Assembly (NCBI GenBank): GCA_004022145.1 | Contig: RCNU01000008.1 | From: Paecilomyces variotii | Taxonomy: Eukaryota | Length of the DNA: 64,000 nt | Reading direction: 5' to 3' (one strand) | Part shown: positions 1 to 11,347 of the stretch, piece by piece | Layout: each line of letters starts with the position of its first letter | Numbering within the stretch: the first letter of the stretch is position 1 | The notes under the pieces: generated by a model | Told to the model about the DNA's origin: nothing | The model's database searches: none | The model's input: only the letters and a program-made list of their open reading frames with translations | Position numbers and translations under genes: made by a program

Positions 1-1553
1 TCCATTCTCCGTAAGGACCGGGTGCTCCCCTTACGACTTCCTTTCCACTTATCTCGTGATAAGAATACGTCGGTGGCATCTTCAAGCAGTCCCTGCAGGT
101 TTATTGTCATATTGGGCATAACTACATGGTTGACTGCTAAGTCGTACACAGAATGCGGCGCGAGATGATGATTTCTCAGTACGATAGTGTGGAGACCTAC
201 AGACAGGCTCGTCCCAGTGGAAGAGAAGCAAATGTGCAAAGGAGGCAGCTTAGTGTGCTCTCTCCCTAGCCCATATGGAGCATAACCAGGGATATCTATG
301 GGACCGAAACAACCCTAGTATGACCGACACAGTGGTGTTACTGCAGTGCTCTACCTTCGGTCTCACCTGGGTTCTCGTTGTGATAACACCACCATCGTGT
401 GGATAAATAAGCATGTACGATACATTATGAAATAGCGCAATTTTCGAGAAAATATAGGAACCATTGTAATTGTATGACAGCCGTGTGCTTAAACTATACC
501 GCTGGTAGTCCTCAGGACCCCTGTGATCATCCGTCAAGATCGGCTGCGTCCGAGGTTTGCAGATCTTTGACCCCGCCTTAGCAAGATGCGCACAAGACGA
601 CCTTGCAAGCAAAGATGTCTAACGAGTGTGAAAATATAGTGGCGAAAGGGACTCCGGTAATATTCGAGATCGGAACTCGTAGCATGCAAGTGTCAGAAGA
701 TGTTATGTCCAGCTGTGAGACATGGAGATAGATGAATATGGGAGTTGCCGCAGACTCCAGAGTGCCCTAATATCAGGCAACCAGCTAGAACGAGTCTAGA
801 ACAGGGGAGGTTCTAAAACAATAGTACCTGGCTCTGGAGAGACGCTATCAGGCCAGTCTGTTCTTTGCCTGCCTTCTTTCCTGCTGCATTCTTGTTTGAG
901 GCTACTAGTTACTGGATCCAATAAGAAAGAATTGTTTCCGTATATGTCATCTTGTACGAATAATAGCCATTCACATAGAGGATGATTATAGTTCTAGAAT
1001 CAAAGATGGGAGGCTTATTGTTCAGCGTCGCCGAGCTCCTCGAATCGCAGCATCGGGAAAGTAATCAACGACACAGAGGAATCTTGCTCAGCCCCCGGAT
1101 TTCTTAACTCGAGATCTTCTGGAACCAGTCAGAGAGTTCCTATATGAAAGACAAACGCATTCTAGGAGGTTACAAGAGTCATCTATTGCGGGTCACCAAC
1201 CAGATGTTCGCAGTTTAGGGAATTCATGGGCTGGTGGCGGAGTGCTACGGACCAATCAGAACGCGGGTGTTGTTAATTGCCTGATAACGGATGCGGATTC
1301 CCATCATGGTATGACAATGGCCTACGTAGTAGATTCTTCAAGTCTTCAAGATAAAAGGATCGTGTTTTCCCTCGATCTAGAGATTTGTTTTTCATTATTA
1401 TTCTAAGCCCAATTATCAGAAGCTGGGTCTCTTTGTTCTGCCTTGAATCAGAAAAAAATACCCGCTGTTTGTTCTTCGTTGCTTCGATCACCACCAAACA
1501 ATACCTCAAGCCACAACATTTACCCATACAAAAAACCTCACCTACTAGCCAAG

Positions 1554-2021
1554 ATGGTTCACCCTTCAACTTGCTGCAACATCTCTAAGGACGGTGGCTG
1601 TGTTTGCGCCGCGCAGGCCAGGTGCTCTTGCGGGAAGGAGAGCGCGGGACACTGCACATGCAACAAAGCTTCGAGCGAGAACAACATTACCGGTCCCAGA
1701 TGTTCATGCAGTATGTTACGCTCTCTCTTTTGTGCCTGGGGGACTACATAGATTACTGACATGTTTTCGTGTAACTAGGAGCACGACCTGCTGGCCAATG
1801 TACCTGTGAGCGGTCTGCAACTGAGAACCGATCTGTATCCGGCGATACCTGCCCTTGTGGAGCTAGACCTTCTGGTAAGTCTTGAATTCTTCTAATCTGT
1901 CTTTTTATATGTCATCAGAATGCTAACGAGAATGGTTACAGAGTCCTGCACATGCGAGAAGGCTGGCGCTGTCGATACTGCCGCTGAGGCACTCGAGACT
2001 GACTTTACCACCCAGAAGTAA
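1554..2021 (+). CDS. crdA: Cys-rich metallothionein-like copper resistance protein (Crd2/CrdA type), 3 exons, 110 aa
   Basis: Exons 1554-1710, 1779-1874, 1942-2021; introns GTATGT..CTGAC..TAG and GTAAGT..CTAAC..CAG. Spliced product MVHPSTCC...CVC...CSC...CTC...CSC...CTC...CPC...CTC...ETDFTTQK has 16 Cys. Confidence 0.88.
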
Positions 2022-3071
2022 AGTTAAGTTAATGCTGGTCGATTGGTATCTCAACATCATGCATGCATCATGGCGCCGGGTATCTATGAAGTTTATGTCG
2101 ATTTCATCGGGGTGTAAAAATTGGGATTGCTTGTGATATGTTTGTATATATTAGCTTTAATTCACGACTAGGCACATTGGCCTGAAGAATCCTTTGCAAT
2201 GGCAATTGAAAAGAATATAAAGAATAATCGTATAGCTCACGGATATCAGTAGTAGAAGACTATCAAAATACCCTGAATCCCTGTCAGAGATCAACGGACA
2301 GTTGGGGAATCTCCACCTGTCTAGAAAGATTGGAACATTATTGGATAAATATTCAGGGACATTGTTTGAAGGAAACCGATTGGCTGATCGAGTAGTTGTC
2401 GTGTGTTTTATCCATACCATAGATAGATAAAGATGCCAAGTCGGGAGCTTGCATGATTTTCCGAAGAAGTAGAGTGATGAGATTAATATTATTAGCCCAG
2501 CCTCTCTCTCTTGGCAGATAAGTTAAGTAAGTTGGTCTGGTCTCGTCCCTTGTCTGCCTGTAACTAATATGCACATTTAGTATTGTTAGGAAGGCGGTCG
2601 GAGTGCGCATCAATATTGTTCCTTGGTCCAACGGCGGACCTGGCGCGATCGTCGGTCGGCAGCGCCTAAGCTGCGGAACAAACGGGCTACGACAGACAGT
2701 CCGCCGCGGTCTAAGGATCATCAGGAGGTTCTTCTGCGCCTTCGCGAAGAACACTGATTTGGCAGGAACTTGATCTCTCCGTCTCTTGATACTCGCAGTC
2801 GGGTAATAGGCTTTCAGATGCGTTGTCCGTCCGTTCCGCAACGTCGCTCTTGATCCCGCCGCCCGGACATACCGCGAAGCCCCTATCAGATCGAATCCCC
2901 CTCCGATCTGCTCTTCAACAACCACGGACATACTGGCGATGATCATCTGTTGGAAATCGAATCGAGAAGAAAAGGTCATGATTGCATAAACGCTGCCCAG
3001 ACAGCTCAAAGGGACGGAATAGCACATCAGGAGTGAACCGGTGCATTCGCGATTGAAATCTGCAAGCCAAC

Positions 3072-6046
3072 ATGTCTTCTATGCGAGGTCTCGTCCAGTT
3101 CATCGCCGACCTGCGAAACGCAAGGGCGCGTGAGTTGGAAGAGAAGCGTATCAACAAGGAACTGGCCAATATTCGACAGAAGTTCAAGGATGGAAATCTG
3201 AATGGATACCAGAAGAAGAAATATGTTTGCAAGCTGCTCTACGTTTACATCCAAGGTTACGATGTTGACTTCGGACATCTCGAGGCGGTTAACCTCATCT
3301 CCGCCAACAAATACTCTGAGAAGCAGATTGGATATCTATCCGTCACGCTGTTCCTACATGAGCAGCATGAGTTGCTGCACCTAGTCGTGAACAGTATCCG
3401 GAAAGATCTCCTGGATCATAACGAATTGAACAATTGTCTGGCACTCCATGCGGTCGCCAACGTCGGAGGAAGAGAAATGGGGGAGGCTCTGAGTGCTGAT
3501 GTCCATAGGCTTCTGATCTCACCGTAAGCTTCTTCCGATTCTCGCCCGAACAATGTGCTAGAGGCTTACTATTTGCAGCACCTCGAAAGCCTTCGTGAAG
3601 AAGAAGGCAGCCTTGACCCTCCTCCGCCTCTACCGCAAATATCCCGATATCGTACAAAACGAATGGGCCGAACGAATAATCTCCATCATGGACGATCCTG
3701 ACATGGGAGTCACACTGTCCGTGACATCACTTGTTATGGCTTTGGTGCAGGACAGGCCGGAACAATACAAGGGTAGTTACATTAAGGCTGCGCAGAGATT
3801 AAAGAAAATCGTGGTCGATAACGAAATATCTGCCGATTATCTCTACTACCGTGTGCCCTGTCCCTGGATTCAGGTCAAGTTCCTGCGTCTACTTCAGTAT
3901 TATCCTCCTTCTGGTTCGTGACGCCATTCATATTCGTCATTGTTTGCATATTGACATCCATCCGCAGAGGACTCTCACGTGCGAGAGATTATCCGCGAGT
4001 CATTGCAGCAGATACTGCACACGTCGATGGATGCGCCGAAAAACGTCCAGCAGAACAACGCTCAAAATGCCGTTCTCTTCGAAGCAATCAATCTTCTTAT
4101 TCATCTTGATACAGAACATAATCTCATGATGCAGATATCTTCCCGGCTCGGGAAGTATATCCAGTCGCGGGAAACCAACGTGCGATACCTCGGACTCGAG
4201 GCGATGACCCATTTTGCGGCAAGAGCAGAGACTCTTGACCCCATCAAGAAGCACCAAAATATCATTCTCGGTTCTCTGCGAGACCGTGACATCAGCGTAC
4301 GTCGTAAAGGTCTGGACCTTCTTTATAGTATGTGTGACACTTCGAATGCGCGACCAATTGTGAATGAGCTTCTACGATACCTTCAGAGCGCGGACTACGC
4401 TATCCGGGAAGAAATGGTCCTCAAAGTAGCAATCTTGACGGAGAAATACGCAACGGATGCTCAATGGTATATTGACATCTCTCTTAAGCTGCTTTCCATG
4501 GCCGGTGACCACGTGAGCGACGAGGTCTGGCAGCGTGTGATTCAAATTGTTACGAACAATGAGGAACTGCAAGCCTATGCGGCGCAGAATCTGCTGGGGT
4601 ACCTGAAAGCAGACTGCCATGACAGTCTGGTGAAGATCGGTGCCTACGTCTTGGGAGAGTTCGGCCATCTAATCGCAGAAAATGCGGGATGCAGCCCGAT
4701 AGAGCAGTTCTTGGCCTTGCAGGCTAAGATGCTATCTTGCTCCGATAACACGCGGGCAATGATTCTCTCATCGTTCGTTAAGTTCGTCAACCTTTTCCCT
4801 GAAATTAAGCCCCAGCTTCTGCAGATTTTCCGTCTGTACAGTCACTCTCCAGACCCGGAGTTACAGCAGAGAGCATATGAGTATCTCTGTTTGGCTACCA
4901 TGCCAACAGACGATCTCCTCCGAACTGTCTGTGATGAGATGCCGCCATTCTCCGAAAGGGCGTCCGTACTTTTATCACGCCTACACCAGAAGACTGCCGG
5001 AACGAGCGAAAAGAGAACGTGGGTTGTTGGTGGAAAAGATGCCAACGCGGATCAGAAGGAGGTTGCGCTGGCGCAAAGTGCCGGACTGAAGCGTTCTTTC
5101 ACCAACGCTGCCAATGGGGCTGGAATAAATGGAAGCTCAAAGAGTGGTGCAGCCGCCAACGACCTTGCTGGTTTAGACCTCATGAGTACCACCGCCCCTG
5201 AGACTCCTAACATGGCCAGCGCTGCCCACCTCAGTCCAGACTGGGAAGTTGGGTTCAACAGACTGTACTTTGAGAACGAGGGAGTGCTTTTCGAAGACGC
5301 ACAGATCCAGGTTGGATTCCGATCCGAGTATCGGGCCCATCTTGGAGTGGTAAAGCTGTACTTCAGCAACAAATCTGCCTACCCCATCGGGTCATTTACA
5401 ACGACCATTGACAACCCAGCGTCTCCCAATCTCAAAATCGATACGAAGAACCTTCCTGAGCCATCGGTCCCGGCGGCTGCTCAGACACAGCAGACATTAA
5501 CATGCGAAGGTCGAGGACCTTTCACTGACGCGCCAACCATCCGAATTTCCTATCTCGCTGGTGCACTCCAGGCATACACATTGGCATTGCCCATCCTGAT
5601 GCACAGATACATGGAACCATCGGCGCTCTCTGCGGAGGACTTCTTCAAGCGCTGGCGTCAAATAGGAGGGCCGCCTCTGGAGGCGCAGGTTACTTTCGGT
5701 GTGACAGGAAAGGGACGAACAACAAACGAAACCTTTACACGTAGAGTCGTGGAGGGGTTCAGGTGGAAGATTCTCAATGGTGTCGACCCGAATCCAAAGA
5801 ACATTGTTGGATGTGCGGTCTATCAAGTGGAGGGTGGTAAGACGGGCTGTTTGTTGCGACTTGAGCCCAATTATGAGAAGAATGTAGGATCATTTCGAGA
5901 CACTCATGGCATCTGGGAATGCAATGCTAACGAGTTATCAGATGTACCGAATCACGGTCCGTGCTACCCAGGAGCACGTTGCCCCGGCATTGGTCAAGCA
6001 GATGGAACAGAAACTTTCCCAAGGTATACCGGAAGACCGTTTATGA
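3072..6046 (+). CDS. APL3: AP-2 adaptor complex alpha subunit (alpha-adaptin), 4 exons
   Basis: N-terminus MRGLVQFIADLRNARARELEEKRINKELANIR is diagnostic; adaptin trunk plus C-terminal appendage (FFKRWRQIGG). ORFs 3072, 3595 and 3979 join through GT-AG introns; last exon 5942-6046 (MYRITVRATQE...). Confidence 0.96.
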
Positions 6047-6484
6047 GAGGACAATGTGCCAAAGGATCGGGGAAGATCCTCTACATTTTGCGCTTTCTTT
6101 TATTCTTTCCATAATACCGAGCGACTGTTCCCTCTGTTGAGCTGGTTACTCTTCTTTCTCTTTTCTTGCTTTATCTACCCCCGCATTGCAGCGAGCGTTT
6201 TGCCCCAATTCCTGGTCTCGTCGCGTTGCTCTTCCGCGCGCGATCTGAATTTTCCCAATCCATTGAGCTGTACAGGACGTACATACTTCCTGATAATTAG
6301 ACACGATTGGACCGCTAGTAATACGAATTAAGACGTATTAATGCGTCCGTTTCGTCCATTCAAACGGTTGCAACCGATCCAAGAATAATTAACGCTAATG
6401 CTTCGTGAAAAAAAAAGAGACTGTACAATTGTATCTTTGTATCCGTCCCGATCTCTCGACTTATTCCACCATCCTGTCAGGCAT

Positions 6485-7324
6485 CTATATGATCTTCGCC
6501 TCCGACTTTGGCGGCCGCTCTCCAAAGATCGTCGTCCCAACCCTGACCTGATCACTGCCCAGAGTGATGGCACCTTCGAAATCCTCACTCATTCCCATGC
6601 TCAACTCGAGCTTAGCATCCTCGCCCTCCAAACCCAATTCACGCACGATCCGATCTCTCGTCTCCTTCAAGCAGACGAAATCCTCATTCTCATTCCCCGG
6701 AGTCGTCGCCTTCGACCGCGCAATAGCCCCAATCGTCATAACACCCTGCAACCGTAGCCGAGGACACTTCTCCCGGATAAACCGACACAACCCTGGCGCC
6801 GCCTCAGGCTCAATACCCGACTTATTCTCTTCGCCCGAAGTATTCACCTGCACAAACACACGCAGCTTCTCCTCCTCTCCACTCTCCTCTCCCTGCACCT
6901 TCTTTCTCTCTCCCCAGCCCTTATCCAACAAACTAGCCTTCTTCTCCGTATCAACACTCTCCACAGCCCAGAGCCCTCTCACATCCCTCGCGAGTCCAAC
7001 GCACTTATTCGACTGTAACCCTCCAATGAAATGCCACTTGATATCCGCGGGAAGTAACCGGCTTTTCTCCAGTAATTCCTGAACGTAATTCTCGCCGAAA
7101 TGGCGCTGTGCGATCGGCGGCTCATATAGCGCGAGGATGTCTGAGACGGGTTTGAGTTTCGAGACCGCGACGAGTCGCACGGGCGATGTGCGTGGGTGTG
7201 TGGATTTCGAAGTCGCGGAGGCGATGCGCGACGTCACGCTGGAGAAGTTGGATGTGAGGGTCGAGATACGGGCTGGAGAGGCGGGCATTATGGTCGGAGT
7301 GCTGGTGGAGGATGGTGTAGTCAT
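6485..7324 (-). CDS. yggS: Pyridoxal-phosphate homeostasis protein (YggS/PLPBP, alanine racemase N-terminal-like)
   Basis: Motifs LVAVSKLKP, FGENYVQEL, WHFIGGLQSNK, LSMGMSED and VRVGTTIFG; single exon, 279 aa. Confidence 0.95.
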   Translation of the reverse strand: MTTPSSTSTPTIMPASPARISTLTSNFSSVTSRIASATSKSTHPRTSPVRLVAVSKLKPVSDILALYEPPIAQRHFGENYVQELLEKSRLLPADIKWHFIGGLQSNKCVGLARDVRGLWAVESVDTEKKASLLDKGWGERKKVQGEESGEEEKLRVFVQVNTSGEENKSGIEPEAAPGLCRFIREKCPRLRLQGVMTIGAIARSKATTPGNENEDFVCLKETRDRIVRELGLEGEDAKLELSMGMSEDFEGAITLGSDQVRVGTTIFGERPPKSEAKII

Positions 7325-7787
7325 TCTTTAAGTATGGGATCGAGTAGAAGAGAAGACAGCTTTTGGATATAGGATAACTAGGTAGGTAAAAAGAGAGCTT
7401 TTGAGGTAGAGACAGAATAGATGCTGCTGGTCGAACTGCGCGTTTGTGGATCTTTTTCTTTTCCTCCCGATTAAAGCCTGGTATAGCGCATGGAGGGCAA
7501 GCTGGAGGTAAAGAGATGCTATGAGTCGCAAAGGGGGGGAAATAATAGAGGGGAAACTGATATCTTCACATCCAGCTGTTTCTGGAACGATAAGATCGCG
7601 GTCGAGGCCGGTCACGTGGGCATGTCAAAGACGTCGACTTGGAGTCAATTCGCAAACTATTATTTATTATCATTAACTAATAACTATGTTGAACTAAAAC
7701 CTCGAAAGCAGAATAATATTAGTGAAGTGGATGAGTCTAAAGACGACGAAGATCCTGCCGATGAATACTAGGTAACTACTGCTACTG

Positions 7788-8927
7788 CTACTCTGCAACC
7801 TCAACAATCAACTTCGTACAACTCACCCCGCGGAGCAGTTTGTCTAACCCAGCATTGATAGCCCCCAAGCCTTTTCCCACAACGTTCGGTTCCGGACTCG
7901 GCCTGATGGTTCCCTTGGCCAGGTTATCCCTCAGCCACGTCCCAATCCAGTATCTGAACTGCTCCAGCCTCTCCGCTTCCACCATCGACGGCTGCACGAA
8001 TATCGTCTCGACCCCATTCACGACCTCCGCATCTGGAGGAAGCACAGGGGCCGACGCGATCTTCGCCGTCTTCATTTTCTTCCCTTCTTGACCTTCTCCG
8101 AGGAATGTCTTAAGCACAGCCTGACATGGCGCCAGCTGCCCGGTAGCAAGAAAACAGTGCCGGATCACTAACCCGTCCTCCTTGGCCGCTGAAACGATGG
8201 CATCCACAACTTGTGAATCTTTGTAGTCGAACACGCGGTCCGCGCCCAGTGAACCCACATAACTCTTATTCGCCGCTCCAGCCGTGGCGTACACGGCTGC
8301 GAAAGAAGAGTTGGGATCTTCCCGCAGCAGTCGCGCTGTTTGCACGCCCATGGTGCCGACGCTAGAAGAAGCACCCCAGATTAGGAGAGCTTCTCTTTTT
8401 TCTATGTTATGATTCTTTTGCTTCCCTCCGGCAGGGCCAACAGGGACTGGAGCAGAAGTCACTGCTTCTGCCACCCGGGGGATCCCAATGGCATCCCACG
8501 CGCTAAGGGGTACCTCGACGGCGACAGGCAAGGTCGCCGCGTGGTTCCAAGACATGTCCTCGTCCGGAAGAGGCACAGCATGCTGCCAGGGGACGAGACA
8601 CCGCTCCTGAAATGCGCCGTAGTCTGGATCGCAGGACTTCCAGAAAAAGGCGGCGTAGGCGGCGACACGGGTGATACCAGGTCGGAAGAGGGCTGTGGGG
8701 ACGTTGTCGCCGACCTCGAGGACTAACCCGGACATATCGAAGCCGATGACTGTGGGGTAGCTGGGTATGAAGAGGCCTTGGTCACGCATGTAGGCGTCTG
8801 CCGGGTTGAGGGCTACTGATTTGACAGCGATGAGGAGCTCGTCTGGTCCTGGCTTTGGGGTAGAGCGGGTTTGGAGCTCAAAGGGTTGGCCTTTGGCCAG
8901 GGAGACGGCGGCGAGGTGGGTGGCCAT
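7788..8927 (-). CDS. MDR-superfamily NAD(P)H oxidoreductase (enoyl-reductase/zeta-crystallin-like)
   Basis: GroES-like ALNPAD, GFDMSG, GAFQE and Rossmann LIWGASSSVG, LGADRVFDY; 379 aa, intronless. Confidence 0.9.
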   Translation of the reverse strand: MATHLAAVSLAKGQPFELQTRSTPKPGPDELLIAVKSVALNPADAYMRDQGLFIPSYPTVIGFDMSGLVLEVGDNVPTALFRPGITRVAAYAAFFWKSCDPDYGAFQERCLVPWQHAVPLPDEDMSWNHAATLPVAVEVPLSAWDAIGIPRVAEAVTSAPVPVGPAGGKQKNHNIEKREALLIWGASSSVGTMGVQTARLLREDPNSSFAAVYATAGAANKSYVGSLGADRVFDYKDSQVVDAIVSAAKEDGLVIRHCFLATGQLAPCQAVLKTFLGEGQEGKKMKTAKIASAPVLPPDAEVVNGVETIFVQPSMVEAERLEQFRYWIGTWLRDNLAKGTIRPSPEPNVVGKGLGAINAGLDKLLRGVSCTKLIVEVAE

Positions 8928-9333
8928 TGGGACTTGTTATGTGAATATAGTAGAGGTTTTCGAAGTAGAGGATCCAATATGAACAGAGCCTGGTATTCAA
9001 AGGAAATAGTTTCATGATTCTGATCCCATAGATATTACCCTCTCTTCGTAGGATCTTGCGGGAAGCCCTTCTTATACAATCAAGATATCATTTCAATCTA
9101 TTTACGCTGATGTAGTGACGGCCCGTCCGATGCGACATTGTGTTGATTATATAGATGGCCGCAGCCAACCAGAGACCTCTGTATCCGAAGAACAGTTAGC
9201 GTGGATGATGTGTTTCCGAACGGAGGTTAGCGTAGGTCTATGGGTGTCTCTGACAATGTAAATAATCATTAGTTACAGCTCGGGAAAATCCCTCACAGAC
9301 AAGCTGCGCGAAGCATTGAATGATTGACCAAGC

Positions 9334-10706
9334 ATGGCCTCGACTGGTCCAAGAGAGGTTCGGGAGCGTAGGACTCCGCGGAGATCGAGATATGGCTGCC
9401 GAAATTGCAAGCTCAGAAAACTCAAGGTGGGCACCCGGCTTTCGGCTTTCCTAGACTGAGTGCTGCTTGGCTGAACGAATTTCCTGGACCCCTTGAATAG
9501 TGCGATGAAGGCAAACCACATTGCAAGAGATGTAGTTCATTCGGGGTATTATGCAACTTCATGTCGAATATTCCCGACCTGCAACCCATCGCTGATGGCA
9601 CGGGGAGGCCACTGGTGGTTCGAGGAAAAGCAGAGCTTCAACCCCCTGTCGCCAGTGCTGTTTGGACATCTGACGAAACCACATTCTATCAATTGAACGC
9701 AAAGTGTCAAGATTTCATCACCCGGTATCTGGGACGAAGTCTGATCACCCCAGATGACCCGAATATGATACACGTCAATCGCAAGCTCCTGAGACTATCC
9801 TTCACTGTAAGTATTATTATTATATCTTACATTGATTCCGTCACCATCAGACAGAATTCAAGCGGGATTATATACATTATGACCATGAGCTCGTCTAACA
9901 TATGGCTTACTGTATAGTACCCTTATTTAATGCACGCTTCTCTAGCTGTGGCACTTACATATGACCGCCATCTGAACAGCTCATTAGGCTGTCGTCGCAG
10001 TCTGGAAGAGTGCTATCACTGGTCTCAAAGCACAACTCTTCTCAACAGGCGATTACGAGAACCGATTGAAGCAAAAGATAAGGATGCAATCTGGGGCACT
10101 GCGGCTGCTCTGGTTATCTTGTCCTTCTCGTCCCCTGATGCATCCACGCCGGAAGAATCATGGCCCTTAAACTCCTCTGACCACTCCCATTTAGACTGGT
10201 TACGTATGAGCAAGGGTAAAATGTCCCTATGGCACATAGTCAACCCGCTCCGATCGGACAGTCTGTTCCATGTCATGGCAGCGACCTTTGCTCAGATGCA
10301 TTCACCCTTCCCAGAGAGCGGTATAGATGGTATACCAAGGGCCTTGGCTACCACGTGTCTCCTTAAAGAATCATCTACAGCGAAAACCAATCCGTATTTT
10401 CATGCCGCCCACGCGGTATCCCAGATTCTTGCCCTCCCGGATAGCGAGGTCACAACGGGTCAAACTCAATTCTTCATGCGAAGTATTCATGGCCCTTTCG
10501 AAGACCTGCTCCGGACAAGGGACCCTGTAGCGCTTTTGTTGCTGTATCTATGGTACCGCAAAGCAAGTCGGAGTATATGGTGGATTGAGCTTAGAGCTAG
10601 AGTGGAATGTCCTTCTATTTGCTCGTACCTACGACTATATCATAAAGGGAATGTTGCGGTACAGGCATTTCTTCCAGGAGGCGCTCTTGCTGATGAATGG
10701 GGTTAG
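9334..10706 (+). CDS. Zn(II)2Cys6 transcription factor (Upc2-like architecture), 3 exons
   Basis: Exons 9334-9426, 9501-9806, 9918-10706. Splicing gives GCRNCKLRKLK|CDEGKPHCKRCSSFGVLC (C-x2-C-x6-C-x6-C-x2-C-x6-C); C-terminal YPYLMHASLA...DPVALLLLYLWY...WW. Confidence 0.9.
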
Positions 10707-10975
10707 GTGGGCTTCCAGGGTTTGAATGCTCTTTTGTTTCGGAATTGTCAATATGAAGAACTGCAGTAGTGGTTTTTGACACTTCCACTAATTTTAATGG
10801 TTCGGCGAACGCCACACTACGAGGTGGCATCGACATTGTGAGGTAGCAGTCGTACAGTACATCTTGGAGTACTGTATGTTATAAATCCAGGCTGGCTCCG
10901 AGCACTCAAGATACTCAGTATCAACTTATTAAATAGACTAATAATGCATAATTCAATCAATTAATGCCAATTCCG

Positions 10976-11202
10976 TGAGTCACTGACTCAAATATCTTTG
11001 GGGGGATCTCCAATTAGCTTTGTCCCCTGGAAATCTAGTCAGTAATCCGTGTCACGGATACAGATGACTCAATATTGCGGGGAACTCTAGATAGTTATCG
11101 TTTAAAAAGACTTAACCTCGCCCTGAGAGAAAAAGCCCGGGCTTATATTCCTTTCAAGCACAGGAGAGCTAAGAAAAAGATAGCATATGTGCAATTGACT
11201 CA
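10976..11202. promoter_or_regulatory. Cluster of four CpcA/Gcn4 (AP-1-type) elements TGASTCA upstream of the PhzF-like gene
   Basis: TGAGTCA 10976-10982, TGACTCA 10984-10990, TGACTCA 11065-11071, TGACTCA 11196-11202. Confidence 0.7.
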
Positions 11203-11347
11203 ATTCTCGTTCTACGAACATTTTTTTCCTTCCTCGGAAACTGGGGGGAAAAGACTTCAGAAAAAACGACACAATTCCCAGGAAACGAAAGAAAAGCAGA
11301 AGCAAACCATCAGAGCAAAAAAAAAAGATAACAACAAGTGAATCAAC

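Noticed and set aside
1..315. Minus-strand frame open for about 105 codons running off the window edge
   Set aside because: No recognisable motif or clear start. It could be an exon of a gene outside the window, but that cannot be supported here.
700..1500. GCTG cores upstream of the metallothionein-like gene as Ace1/AceA sites
   Set aside because: None of those I checked fully matches HTHNNGCTGD, and 4-mers are expected by chance.
2353..3027. 224-aa minus-strand ORF
   Set aside because: Overlaps the AP-2 alpha promoter/5'UTR, has no motifs and has a non-coding-like composition.
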